Shown one piece after another: positions 1 through 11,462 of a DNA stretch of 64,000 bases (the stretch's first letter is position 1; the number at the start of each line of letters is the position of its first letter). The DNA comes from Haliotis cracherodii. Lineage: Eukaryota. The position numbers and the translations under genes are program-made. The notes below the pieces were generated by a model. The model was given only the letters and a program-made list of their open reading frames with translations, was not told where the DNA came from and did no database searches. Location: assembly GCF_022045235.1 (NCBI RefSeq), contig NW_027266308.1, positions 39,556,001 to 39,620,000 on the forward strand. Direction: 5' to 3'.

Positions 1-1329
1 CATGCTTACACATTTCACGAACACCTGTTGTGATCACTGATTTTCATTGACCCATTCATAGAATATTCCTGTTGCCTTTTACACTCAAAGATTTTCTCTG
101 GCGTTAACGTTTAATATTTTATACGTTTCGTTACATATTAAACGGCGAAGGTAAGTGGTCGTATGAATCTAAATTGATAACTGGAAATTATTGCCTTCTG
201 ACTCCCCAATAAGACCTACTTATGTGAAAGCGAACCATGGCTACTTGATGCCGTTTTATACCATTTTATATCGTTTTAATCTGTAGTGGAATTTGAGAGA
301 GTCATGCCTCAAATTTCTTCATTCAGACCTTCATTCACATTCTGACCATAAGCATAACCATAATCAACCACTTACTGGCAAGAAGTAATAATTTAATCAT
401 TTAAAATAAATCTTTAGATAACCTACAGATTTCTCCCTAAGATCAATTTAAAACTAATACGCCTTTGACGTCTACATGTGGAGGGCTAGGGAGGTTTAAA
501 ATATATTATTGTATGCAACATAGTCATGCTGTCTCAGTTTCTAATATCGGGTGGCCAAGTGGTCTAAGGCGCCGCAATTCCCTGTCGGGGTTGCGTCCCT
601 TGGGCACGCCAGGAACCTATGATTGTGGGGTCGAGTCCCGCTTCGCCCCGGTTATGTTTCTAGGTTTGTAAGCTCTCGGGTTTCACCATAGTGGTAAACG
701 TAACAATGCATGAATGTGGACAATTCGCTATTTTGTAATAATGTAACATTTGAAGTTGACAGACCAATATGCGAAACAGATGTATATTTGGATAACATTC
801 TTTGAAATAAATTGAAAGATTGGGTTCACAAAAAGCATAAAATGATCCTCATTTTCTGCAACAATACTATCAAAAGATGGAAACATGGATCATAATTGAG
901 CTAGCGAGACTCGAATCTTTTTTATCGTAGATATTCTTTCAGTATAAATTGTGTGAAGAGGGAATAGATATATGGACATTTGCTATTTCATAGTTTTCCC
1001 ATCCACATTTGCTGAAAAGCATCTTTAGCTCTTTGAAGCAAATATGCCACAACTATTCTTATATCTCCAAGAACCTCATCCATCTATGTGTATCCAAGGT
1101 GATTTTGATATATGTTGCCCAATTATTTTTATTGCGCGAGTGATTGGCATTTGGATCGAGATAAAATAGCCTTTTTAAGGTCTTTACTGGGTATCGCAAG
1201 ATGGAAGTAACGGCAGTTGTAACCGGTAATTTATCCAGCGATTGAGCGAAAATATATACAATGGCTATCTGCCACATCCCCCAAGTACAAAACCATTTCG
1301 GGTGGAGGATCGAACCTCAGTTTCGCGTT

Positions 1330-1620
1330 TACATTCAAAAGATGAACTTTTGCTGAGAAGTTGTTTCATCAAGGTTACAACATTCACGGCCAAAGTGAAG
1401 CTTTTTCAAAAAGTTTTATGGTAGACATGTGGAGGAGATTTCCAAATTTGACCCATCACTGACTGATGTCCGATGCAGTTCCCTATTTTGACCTGTACCA
1501 TATGTTCCCCTGTTTCTTTGCCTTTGCATGTGTTTGTGACGGGTGCCACCGGTAGGACAGGATACGCTCACCTTTTCGCGAACATCTGGTATCATCACTT
1601 CTTGATAGTGAATCATAAAC
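1330..1620 (+). mobile_element. 3' relic of the same Penelope-like family (other pieces at 1-60, 29255-29730 minus, 46178-46360, 60175-60290)
   Basis: Shared CAAGGTTACAACAT..TTTTATGGT.GACATGT..TTTCCAAATTTGAC and TGTGTTTGTGAC(G/A)GGTGCCACCGGT..CACCTTTTCGCGAACA. Confidence 0.65.
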
Positions 1621-1687
1621 GCATGCTCATGACATAGTCGGAATCGTACAAAATTTCTTATGAAATATGGTAAGGGTTTTGTAATTA

Positions 1688-2580
1688 TTGATGTGAAATA
1701 TTACAAAAGGAATATCCATTTACAGCTTAACCAAAGAGTACAAAAACTGTATTCAGTGACAGTCAAAGTATTAATTAATACGAAACAAGTATAACTTAGC
1801 ACGACCATGAACAAGGTTTAGTAAGATATGAAAGATTTTATGAACGCACCATCAGCTAAACATCTCAATGTTCATTTCAATCTTGCTAGTTTGAACAAAC
1901 GTTGTGACATAACAACACTAGTTGTCTTTAAACCCAGATAATATTAATACAATTTGTTCACGCGCCGTCACACACCAGAGTGAACAGATAGCAAAATCGC
2001 TAGTGATTATCTCAATAGCTCGGAGGAGTTAACGATCCACACCTATAATCCCTACTGCAACCAGCCTGTGCAAGCAATCTGTTAACATTGCAGACTTCGT
2101 GGCATGGGCGCAGATTAAAGGGATGGAAGTGTTGTCAAAACACATCCAAGCCCTGAAGAATCACAATTCGTTTATTTATGTTCCAGAGTAAGCAAGGATG
2201 CTTGCAATAGCCTTGCAACCACACGATTTCATTTCAGACCAACAGATTGGGGACAAACTTAATATAGATTGAAAACAACACCACTGCTCCCTGTATACTT
2301 ATCGTCTTAAGTCGTCTCTTAGACGACAAAATCGATAAACATCCATTCAGGATATCTCCGATAAGTAAGGCAATAAAAGGGGATATAGGATTGTGAATTG
2401 GAATTCTGGCAAGGAATTCTTGCCTAAGGTTTTGCCTACACTATTTCGTGAAATTTTCAAGCTAGATATGACGTTGAAATTGTTAATGTGACAAAAGTCA
2501 CACGAGGTTTCATTACAGGAACACGTATGGATGTTCACAATGCTCGTGAAGGCCTAGCTTGTATGGGTATTCGCAAGTAC
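1688..2580. repeat. Segmental duplicate A of the M4 gene 5' region (partner 10124-11089)
   Basis: Colinear shared strings, e.g. ATATCCATTTACAGCTTAACCAAAGAG, TTTTATGAACGCACCATCAGCTAAACAT, TTTGTTCACGCGCCGTCACACACCAGAGTGAACAGA, TTGGGGACAAACTTAA, ATTCGCAAGTAC. Confidence 0.92.
2043..2088 (-). CDS. Exon 1 (signal peptide, MLTDCLHRLVAVGII) of a tandem paralogous M4 protease whose main exon would lie left of the window
   Basis: Same length (46 nt), same ATG context and same AG|GTGTGG donor as 10447-10492. Codon differences are TTA/TTG, AGA/AGG and GTA/ATA. It lies within the duplicated block 1688-2580 ~ 10124-11089. Confidence 0.72.
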
Positions 2581-2924
2581 GTTGTGTACACTACAAAACT
2601 CGTTGTGTTCCCCATGTGGAAATCTGTGTCACTACACTATAGCCGCGAGGGTGGATTTATACGGTTTTTAGCCTCAACCAGAAGGGTTTGCGTAATAGTG
2701 AAGTCTTTAGTGATGGTATAGCTGTTATAATCAAATTGTGAAATCAGTCGTTTCAGGAAATGACTGACAGAAATAGTCACTTCTTGAAGTGACAAAAGTT
2801 GCGTGTCTGTTTTATATTACTTGACTGATACAATTCAGTCAAGTAGTGTAATCCATGAACAAAGAGCATTAATTGGTCCAATGTGCACATTGCTACTGGA
2901 CATGGTGGTAGAGACAGTTGTTTG

Positions 2925-3360
2925 GTTGCTTTGTTGTTTTACGAAGCACTAAGCAATTTTCCAGCTGTATGACGGCGGTCTGTAAATAATCGAGTCTGGA
3001 CAAGACAATCCAGTGATTGATATCATGAACATCGAGCCACGCAATTGGGTTCGATGACATGCATCAACCAAGTCAGCGAGCCTGACCACCCGGTCCCGTT
3101 AGTCGCCTCTTACGACAAGCATAGTCGCCTTTTACGGCAAGGGGTGGTCGGGTAGCCTAGTGGTAAAAGCGTTCGCTCGTCACGCCGAAGACCCGGGTTC
3201 GATTCCCGACATGGGTACATTGTTTGAAACCCTTTTCTGGTGTCCACCGCCGTGATATTGCTTGAATATTGCTAAAATCGGCGTAAAACCATACTCACTC
3301 ACTCATTCTACGGCAAGAATGGGTCGTTGAATACCTATTCTTACCCGGATCTTCACGGGT
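2925..3360 (-). mobile_element. SINE-like family A containing a nested SINE B (3141-3305, plus strand)
   Basis: The family A consensus is split at TACGGCAAG, which is duplicated around the SINE B. Confidence 0.9.
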
Positions 3361-4869
3361 CAAGGTCGAGACGGAATTGCTGACCACATGGGACAACATC
3401 TTGACAAACACAGTACAATGTTTCAAATCAATATGTTTGGAGGGAGTGACCACTGACAACACGTGTTGTGGTGAAGCCCATCTTGACCACTGGGTTCTGT
3501 TCCAGTGGACATGTTTACCTCAGGGACATGTAGTCAATGTGCCATGGTAACGTAAATGGATTATGGTCAAGAGACGCCGTATGGAATAACCTGCAGTTCC
3601 ATCAGGAGACAACGTTTCTGTTCCCATATCTATGGTAGATCGGGTTAGAGGTGTCATAGTGGACACAGTGAGTGCTTTTAACGGTATTTCAGTCATATCG
3701 CGGTTTGTCAGCTTAATGTGGGAGGAAAGCCCGAAGTGATACAGGTCTCAGACGTTTACCACTTCGATGAAATCAACAAGCTCGGGCATGGCGCTGACAA
3801 ACCTAGAAACATAATCGGGGCGAAACCACAATCACAAGCTTCTGGCGTGTCCAAGGGACGCAATTCTGCACAGAGTCTGAGTGTAACATATGTGAGTGTA
3901 AATAAATGCTGCGAATGAGTCTTTCTTTTTTTCTTTATTAATTATTCATTATGGAAACTGCTTAGTCATTTCAAGTAATATCTGGTAATAAATTTCAGTC
4001 ATTTCATGAAATGACTAGGAAAATGAGTCAGTTCAAGAAATGACATACCAAACTAATCATTTCACGAAATGGCATATTTCAAGAACTGACTTTTACCGAT
4101 CCACAAAACATTCAAATGAGAAAACTGTTTCGCTGTGACAAGTCAGTAGAATAAGCAGGGAATATTGGCTTTGGTAGTGCTCGTCAGAATAAAGTTGTGG
4201 ACTCGATAGTGCAGGCCCAATAGCCAGCTTCTACCTGGGATAAATATTACTGTTGTCATCTTTGCCGTTTAACGCCGTACTCAGAAATATTCCAGCTATA
4301 TGACGGTGGTCTGTGAATAATCAAGTCTGGTTGATATAAACCAGGGATTGAAATAATGTGCAACGTCGTCGGTGTCGTCGGTGTACGATGACGCGCAATC
4401 ACCGAGCCTGATCCATTCAGTCGCCTCTTACATCCGGCAGACGTTGGTGGGGACCAAAAGTTAAAGTTTGATGTACACAAACCATCATCAACACGAACTG
4501 AACAGTGACGTAAATATTTCATGCTTACTGATGTGAATGTCCTTAAATGGTCATTGCGTATGTATATACTTCTGTGTAGCCGTCATGGCTTTTACCATTC
4601 TGTTGTCGGATTTACACCCCAAGTTGAAGGGAAGATCAATGTTTCCAAATTTAAAACATTGTTTCGATATATTAGGCGTACAAACAAGCGTCATGCTTGC
4701 CCTTTTAGCTAGCACCTCGTGTCATCACTGATTGTCAGTGATCCATTCACATGGTTTTCACTGCTGATTTGCCTAACACGTCCAATGGAATCTGTTTCGT
4801 TGGAAAGTCGGGATTGGAAGCTCTCTGGTGTTGACGTTTTACATTAACATATCCTTTACATGTCTTTGA

Positions 4870-5115
4870 TTTCTAAGAGTTCTTAGATAGTCTGGGAACT
4901 AACGAACCAACAAGGTATATATCAACGGAGATGTTCTGTCATTACAGTATTTCATCTCTACAGTATTGTATGTGATTCTTTTAAAACGCGAAAGTGGGCT
5001 TTCCTTTGACGCTATTAGTGCGTCTCATCACTGAGACAATCGATTGTATTCCGGCGTGTTTCGCCTCAAATTCAATAAGTCAGATTCCAATGTCCCACTG
5101 AAACGATCCTCACAT
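4870..5115. repeat. Distal part of the same duplication (partner ~11885-12135)
   Basis: Shared CTAACGAACCAAC..GTATATATCAACGGAGA and TTCAATAAGT(C/T)AGATTCCAATGTCCCACTGAAACGATCC. Confidence 0.88.
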
Positions 5116-6042
5116 AAGTCTTTTATGTCCTTATATATTCCACAGGTGACTTTCATTCCCAAGGACTGGTATCAATATCGTTCTACATGATCTGTACAGG
5201 TTCTGCAATAATGATCAGAGACATACACTCAGTTTAAAGATGGGATTAAAGGCATGGGGTACAATGAGCATGCCATATCTTGCCAGGGCATATATCAATA
5301 ATCATGATCTGAGACCTTGTTCTTTGTGTAGAATCTACACAGGTTTGTGGTGAAGGTAATTAAATCAGCACCGGTACTTGAATGATATTACTTTAGATTG
5401 AACAATGAACGAGTAGAAAGTACGTCGTCGAGTATTTCAGTTTGGATTCCGAAATTTTGGTTTTGAAGAAAGAAACACATTTGGATTAAGGAAGGGAATT
5501 AATGAATGTCAACTTCTTTATTGTGAGGAACACAACGTTAACACACCAATAATGCATTCATCTTCGGTTATAACGAACTTCAAAAGCCAGCGTTATTAAA
5601 TGGGGAATTCGCTTCACCCGACTTCGAAATATATATATATAACACATATCATCAGACGGGTTGGTGCCATTGGAAACAACAATTGAAGGAAACAAGATGC
5701 ATGTATATCTTTGTAAGTATAAATAAATAAAGTTATGAGAAATAATCCTTTTATTACACGTAGTGAAAATGTTATAATAGCATAGCTTTTCCATACACTT
5801 TTCCAGTACGTGTAGCTACCAATATTTGCCTTTTCCTAGAATTATACAATACAGAATAGGAATCATTTATAGAACAAAATATACTGTCCAAATAGCATCT
5901 GAATATATATTAAAAATGAAGACATTTTTATTCTTTTCAAGCATAAATAGCGAGGGACATGGAAGCAAATATTGAACGTAGTATAAACTAATGTGATGTC
6001 TTACGAAGTTTGCCTGATACAAATAACTTTAAAGGATGATGG

Positions 6043-6275
6043 TCCCGTCGGGATTCCAGGTTAGAATTGGTCCCCAGCAACGTATGCTTGTCGTAGAAGG
6101 CGATTAAATGGATCGATTGGTCAGGCTTGGTGACTTGGTTGTCATCGTACCCCAACGGCGCGAGACACTGCACACAATATCATTGACCGGTCTGTCTGCC
6201 AGCCTCGATTATATACAGGCCGCCGTCACGTAGCAGGAATATTGATCATTGTGGCGTTAAACAACAAAGAAAACA
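6043..6275 (+). mobile_element. Divergent, probably older subfamily of family A (also ~9823-9985, 35220-35419 minus, 54020-54215 minus, 55833-56085, 63785-63850)
   Basis: Head variant GGGATTCCAGGTTAGAATTGGTCCCCAGCAAC with the same body and tail. Confidence 0.8.
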
Positions 6276-7302
6276 TAACAGGATTACAAAATGTACATGT
6301 GAATTGTTCTTCTCAATGCAAGGACAGACGTTGAAGAAATCAAGTGACTCCTATCTACCAAATGAATATAGATAAAGGTTTATTTGTATTATATGTAGTC
6401 GACGCGTCTAATTAATATATATAATCCCTTGGCAGGTAACAAAACATAATCTAGACACAACCCGAGAACGTTAACGTCTCAGTAATGTCTCTTGTAAATT
6501 TAGAGCTTTTACACAGTTTTTCAGCATGCGAGGCAGTTTCAGATGTACCTCATGTCCATTTCAGCAGGTTTTATTTTCGCTTTAGTTTAGTTTCCATCTG
6601 TTACACATGTAATAGACGTTTGTCAAATAAGGTATCAAGATGTGATCACGTTGAGTACATGTATACCGCCATGACAAAAGTCACGATATTCACACTTTCC
6701 ATGGCTGTCAGCGACACCAATTTTATAATGCTTTTCGCCACATATTCAAAGTTAAAAGTAAGTGGTCACACACATCCTAATTGATAACTGAAAATGATAA
6801 TTATGAGATTATAGCTTTGACGGTTTGATCAGTATTCGAAAAACAACTACCGTTTTGCAAAGGAGAACCAGGGACGTTCTTTTGAATACATTAAAGGATC
6901 AAAGAGAACGTCAATCCTGAAATGTTCTTTCTGTTGTTGTTTTGTATTTATCGATGGCAAACGAAAGCACTTCTCCATAACTTGTTTTGAGAATTTTAGT
7001 TATAAATTTTGTTATGTGAAAAGATTACCGATTTAAACAAATTATGAAAAATCTGCGGCCAAATTTCAAACCACACCACTATGCATCTCCAAAGAAAATA
7101 ACAGAATAGAGGAAAAAAGTGCTTTTCCCTTTGAGTATGTTTAGCTTTGATTCACGTCAGGGTGAAATGCATATTATCAGCAGCTAAAAGTACTGATACA
7201 AGGTTGCGAGGTCCCGCTTCGCCTCGCTTCGCCTCGCTTTATATTTAACACCAGTTCTTTTAAATCCTGATAGCATACTACCACCTATCCTGCTTCTGTT
7301 AT

Positions 7303-9227
7303 TCATGCATTTCCACATTCCTTGTTGTAGTACAAGGTGAACTTGTGGTTCGATGTCGAGTAGTTCTCTTGGCAAGTATATCCTGCAGTGAGGCCGACAT
7401 TTGTCGAGGCAGATCCCCCGGTTGACAGTCGGATGACGTAGAAATGCGGTCCTGCACCACTCACGTCATACGTGACGCGATTAGAGCTCTGGACCAGTGG
7501 AACAGTGGAGTCGTTAATCTGCTTCCATGGCTCACTGAACACCGTGATGGTTATATCATCTCCGCTGTCACTCGTTGCCTCGACGAGGATCTCCTTACTC
7601 CAGTCTGGCAGATCTATACCAAAAGCCGGACTGGATTCATTGGAGACGGTGATTTGGTCTTTAGTCCGGTTGAGCCTCAGATGGAGCAGGTGGTCTTCCA
7701 CATCACAAACTTCGATCCCAACCTCTTGGAACGCTCTAGCAAAAGGTTCTCCTGGTTGGCCCATGTCATAAGCTGCCTGCATCACATCACACGCTCCGCT
7801 GATAAAGTTGGTCATGGGTTGCCAGTACATCTTATTAGCATGGAGGAACACCCGGAAGACTTCCACAGGATTCAGGCCATATTCGTGTGCTAAGAGGTAG
7901 AACACCTTATTGTATATACCGCTCGTCGTGTGTGGAGACATTCTGTTTGAAAATTTATCCATGTGGGAAATCGATCTTCCATCCTTCTCAGGGTTGGCAA
8001 AGAACCGCATGGGCCGCCTGTACATAATGTCAGCACCAACCTGCCAGTCAGTAGCATTGTTGTACAATTCTGCCATTTCTCCAGTCATGTCCGAAAAGGC
8101 TTCGTTGAGTCCTCCTGACTGTCCAATGTAGATGAGGCCGGAATGTTGCTCGGTGAAACCATGGGCTATTTCATGGGCAGCAATATCAAGGGAAACTAGT
8201 GGATAGATAAATCTTCGCCTGCCATCACCAAAGGAAACGTTGTGGCCGTTCCAGAAGGCATTCATGACGTTTCGTGAAAAATGAACCCTGAGTGTGAGTC
8301 CTCCTCTGATTGGGTCTGTGTCGTACCACTCCTTGAACATCTTTACGATTTGAGTGCCATAGTACAGAGCATCTATAGCAGGTGAATATGCACCATTTAT
8401 ACTGTCATTAAGATTCCCAGCACAATCGAAACGTGCCACCCCCGTTGATCTCTCTATGGCTGAGTTGTTCATGTCAATCACTTTAACATGCTCATTTTCC
8501 AAATAGCATATTCCATTCTCTTGTCTTAAATCCAAACATCTATGAGTACCATCATAATGGATGATGCCTATTTTCTTATTTCCGCCGATCATTTCTTCAT
8601 CCTCCCTATCAAAGCAAGTCTCCAAGCTGTCAAAATAGGTCATAACTTCCCGAGTCCTCGTGTCGATGATACCCCTAGGACGTTTCTGAACATCATCAGT
8701 CTCAATTAAATATTCAACAATGGCAACATGATGGGCCACATCATGTTCGTCTGTGTATACCTCATACGCAATACTCCTACCTTTTATATCCCCCGTCCTA
8801 CTTTCGTCACCAGCATAAGCAATCAATATAGCAAACAACTCGTCTTCAGTGATGCTTCCTCTAGACTCGTCAACGTCTTCCTCAATGTTATTAACATAAT
8901 CTCCAGTAGCATCAACTACCACCCCGGACTCTTCAGTCATGGTCAATGTCACTGATGCGCCAAACACTTCTTCACCATGGTACCTTTCTTTCATTTTGAC
9001 CTGTCGAGTTCCTTGCACAGTGTTGGCTTCCTCCGTTTCCTGGAACGATTCCCCACCAGCTAGCTGGAACACCTCCCTCATGTTGCGGTTCCTGGTTGTC
9101 TCCGTGTCCCGGGCTGACCTCCTTCTGGTGTACCCTGGTACAACTTCAGGGAGGCCTTCGAGGAGTACCTGCCTTGCATTGACCCTCTTGGCCGCCTCTA
9201 TGTGATGGACACATACCGACAACAACA
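7303..9227 (-). CDS. Exon 2 (main exon) of a secreted M4-family (thermolysin/pseudolysin-like) zinc metalloprotease: FTP- and PepSY-like propeptide, catalytic domain, and a C-terminal PPC-like extension
   Basis: Motifs HEIAH (8161-8175), GGLNEAFSD, NAFWNG, FGDG, YPLVSLDIAAHE, NGAYSP, DGRSI, HTTSGIYN and GGNKKIG are colinear with Pseudomonas LasB and Vibrio vibriolysin. The frame is uninterrupted up to TGA at 7303-7305. Splice acceptor TTTATTTACTTGCAG has its AG at 9229-9228 (phase 1). The TTG start at 9300 in the ORF track is intronic. Confidence 0.95.
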
Positions 9228-10446
9228 CTGCAAGTAAATAAACGATGTTTGAATCAGGTACAGTGTAACACAGTGAAATCTGAAAACTGAAAAAGGACAA
9301 GGTATCACGGGGACCATTTTGGACAACATCATTTGCATATTTAAAGAAAGAAACATCATTTGCATATTTTTAAGAAGGAAACATTTAAATATTGTAATAA
9401 AAAATACCAGATGTGTAATTACGATGTGATGTGTTTCACAATGTGCAGATTAGGGAGAACAACATGTCACAGCTTTTTTAACAGCATCGTATGACTACGT
9501 CTTTATCTTTGCACACCCTTGTGCCAGACAGTTTAGGTTCATAGCACCGCATGTTTGTAGATAGAGCTGACGTACTAGGACGCGGTAGTTATTATTATAT
9601 GCCACCTTGCTGACCACGATTATATGGTTATATCACACCAGGCAAACCAGTGGTTGAGAGTATGAGCATTGCTCAACGCCGATGAGATACAATGACGCCC
9701 GATCAGCCAGATCACACATTGTTTTGGTAACAGCCAATCTGTAATGTAGCCTTCCCTCGAACCCCCAACCCCAAACTCCCTCCCCACCCCCAACCCCCAC
9801 ACACCTCACCCTCCCTCTCCACTGGTGAGAATTCCAGGTTAGAATTGATTTTCAGCAAACCCTTGAGACGACCAAATGGATCGGGTGGTAAGGCTCGTAC
9901 ACAGACGGCGTGCATGATTGCTAACAATTTCAATCAGTGGATTGTCTGGTCCAGCCTCAATTATGTACATGCCATCATCATGTGGTTGGAATGTGAGTTC
10001 GCTTTACTTGTCACAAAAAAAAATCACATAAAATCCCTTTTGTCTCTTACCAAAAACTTTTCTGACACGACGTCCCCCTGGGTTACAGATAACTAAACTT
10101 CCCATATTTTTTGCCTGTAAATATTGATGTGAAATGTTACTAAAGGCATATCCATTTACAGCTTAACCAAAGAGGAAAGAAACTCTATTCCGGGACAAAG
10201 TAATTAAGTCCACCAGCAAGGTTCAGTAAGATATGAAACATTTTATGAACGCACCATCAGCTAAACATTCTCAACGTGCATTCCAGTCTTGCTTGTTAAA
10301 TCAAACATTGTGACATAACAACACTAGTAGCTTTTAAAGTAAGACGATAAATAGAATTTGTTCACGCGCCGTCACACACCAGAGTGAACAGAAAGCAAAA
10401 TCGCTAGTAATTATCTTGAAAGCTCGGTGGAGGTAACGATCCACAC

Positions 10447-10492
10447 CTACAATCCCTACTGCAACCAGTCTGTGTAAGCAATCTGTTAACAT
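10447..10492 (-). CDS. Exon 1 of the M4 protease (start of signal peptide, MLTDCLHRLVAVGIV)
   Basis: ATG at 10492-10490, 15 codons + 1 nt, donor TAG|GTGTGG. Splicing to 9227 gives MLTDCLHRLVAVGIVVLLSVCVHHIEA-AKRVN, a typical signal peptide. The paralogous copy at 2043-2088 differs by only 2 synonymous changes and one V/I change. Confidence 0.8.
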
Positions 10493-10528
10493 TGCAGACT
10501 TCGTGGCATGGGCGCAGATTCTATGCCA

Positions 10529-10537
10529 ATATATAAA
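10529..10537 (-). promoter_or_regulatory. Candidate TATA box of the M4 gene
   Basis: TTTATATAT on the minus strand about 40 nt upstream of the exon-1 ATG. It is absent from the paralog. Confidence 0.35.
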
Positions 10538-11383
10538 CCCCCTGATTAAAAGGATGGAAGTGTTGTCAAAACACAACCGAGGGCTAAAGATATTACATGT
10601 CGTTCAATCACCGTTACAGATCAAATTAGGATGCTGGTAATAGCTTTATAACCACAAGACTTCATTTCAGACCAGCAAATTGGGGACAAACTTAAAATCG
10701 ATTGAACAAACACTACTGCTCACTGTATATTTATCGTCTTAAGCCGTCTCTAAGAAGACAAAATCGATAAAATAAGTGCCCATTCACGACATCTCCGATA
10801 ATGAATTTTCACAACCCGTCTACATTGATACACAGTGAAGGCAATAAAGGGGGAAATGGTATGAAATATGAAGTAAGATTGTAAATTGAGGTTCTGAAAT
10901 TGAATCAGGTTACCTGAACTGTTTGAATTAGGCGTTGTGCACGAGATCTATCAGGTGTTATTTCTTGATATTTTAATTTTGAAGCTAGATTGGCTTTGAA
11001 ATTGTTAATTTGACAACCGTCACGCGAGGCATCGTTCCAGTTTCATAACGTGCGTAAAAGATCTTGTTTGCATGGGCATTCGCAAGTACAGATAAACAGA
11101 ATCGGCGTGAACACCCTTATACACTGGTAATTTTGATACAAACAAAAAGCTTGATTTAAACTGAGAAGAATCCCTAGTAAGATGGGTGACACCTGAAATC
11201 TAGACTCGCTTCATTATGATGATTGCATTACTGTAAGGGCTGAGCGGAAGGGAAATAATATGGTTCAGGGACTGTGAGACAGAATACACGTTTGTGAACA
11301 GAAGGTGTTCAACGAAAGCATCTATTCCATAATGAACATGGGACTGAGGTGGTGTGTGGAGCAGTGAACGTGGATGGCATGAT

Positions 11384-11385
<2 letters not shown>

Positions 11386-11458
<73 letters not shown>
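11386..11458. repeat. (CA)n microsatellite
   Basis: Direct observation. Confidence 0.98.

Positions 11459-11462
<4 letters not shown>

Larger units (their letters stand above)
10124..11089. repeat. Segmental duplicate B (5' region of the M4 gene in this window)
   Basis: Colinear with 1688-2580, with indels. Confidence 0.92.

Noticed and set aside
1330-1620. Hammerhead ribozyme expected in Penelope-like terminal repeats
   Set aside because: I could not find a CTGANGA..GAAA core with flanking stems by eye in any of the copies.
7444-9205. Plus-strand ORFs overlapping the M4 gene
   Set aside because: Antisense shadows of a real coding sequence, with no recognisable motifs.
7303-9227. Bacterial contamination or chimeric assembly as the source of the M4 ORF
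   Set aside because: There is no operon context, there is a spliceosomal intron containing a host repeat, and exon 1 is duplicated in host-type DNA.
9228-9300. N-terminal 24 aa (MSFFSFQ...) of the 665-aa ORF
   Set aside because: It starts at TTG within a pyrimidine-rich tract ending in a canonical acceptor. It is intron sequence that happens to be open.
10051-10105. Alternative phase-1 first exon MGSLVICNPGGRRVRKVF with a G|GTAAGA donor
   Set aside because: It gives a poorer signal peptide and lies outside the block conserved with the paralog. Exon 10447-10492 is supported by synonymous conservation.
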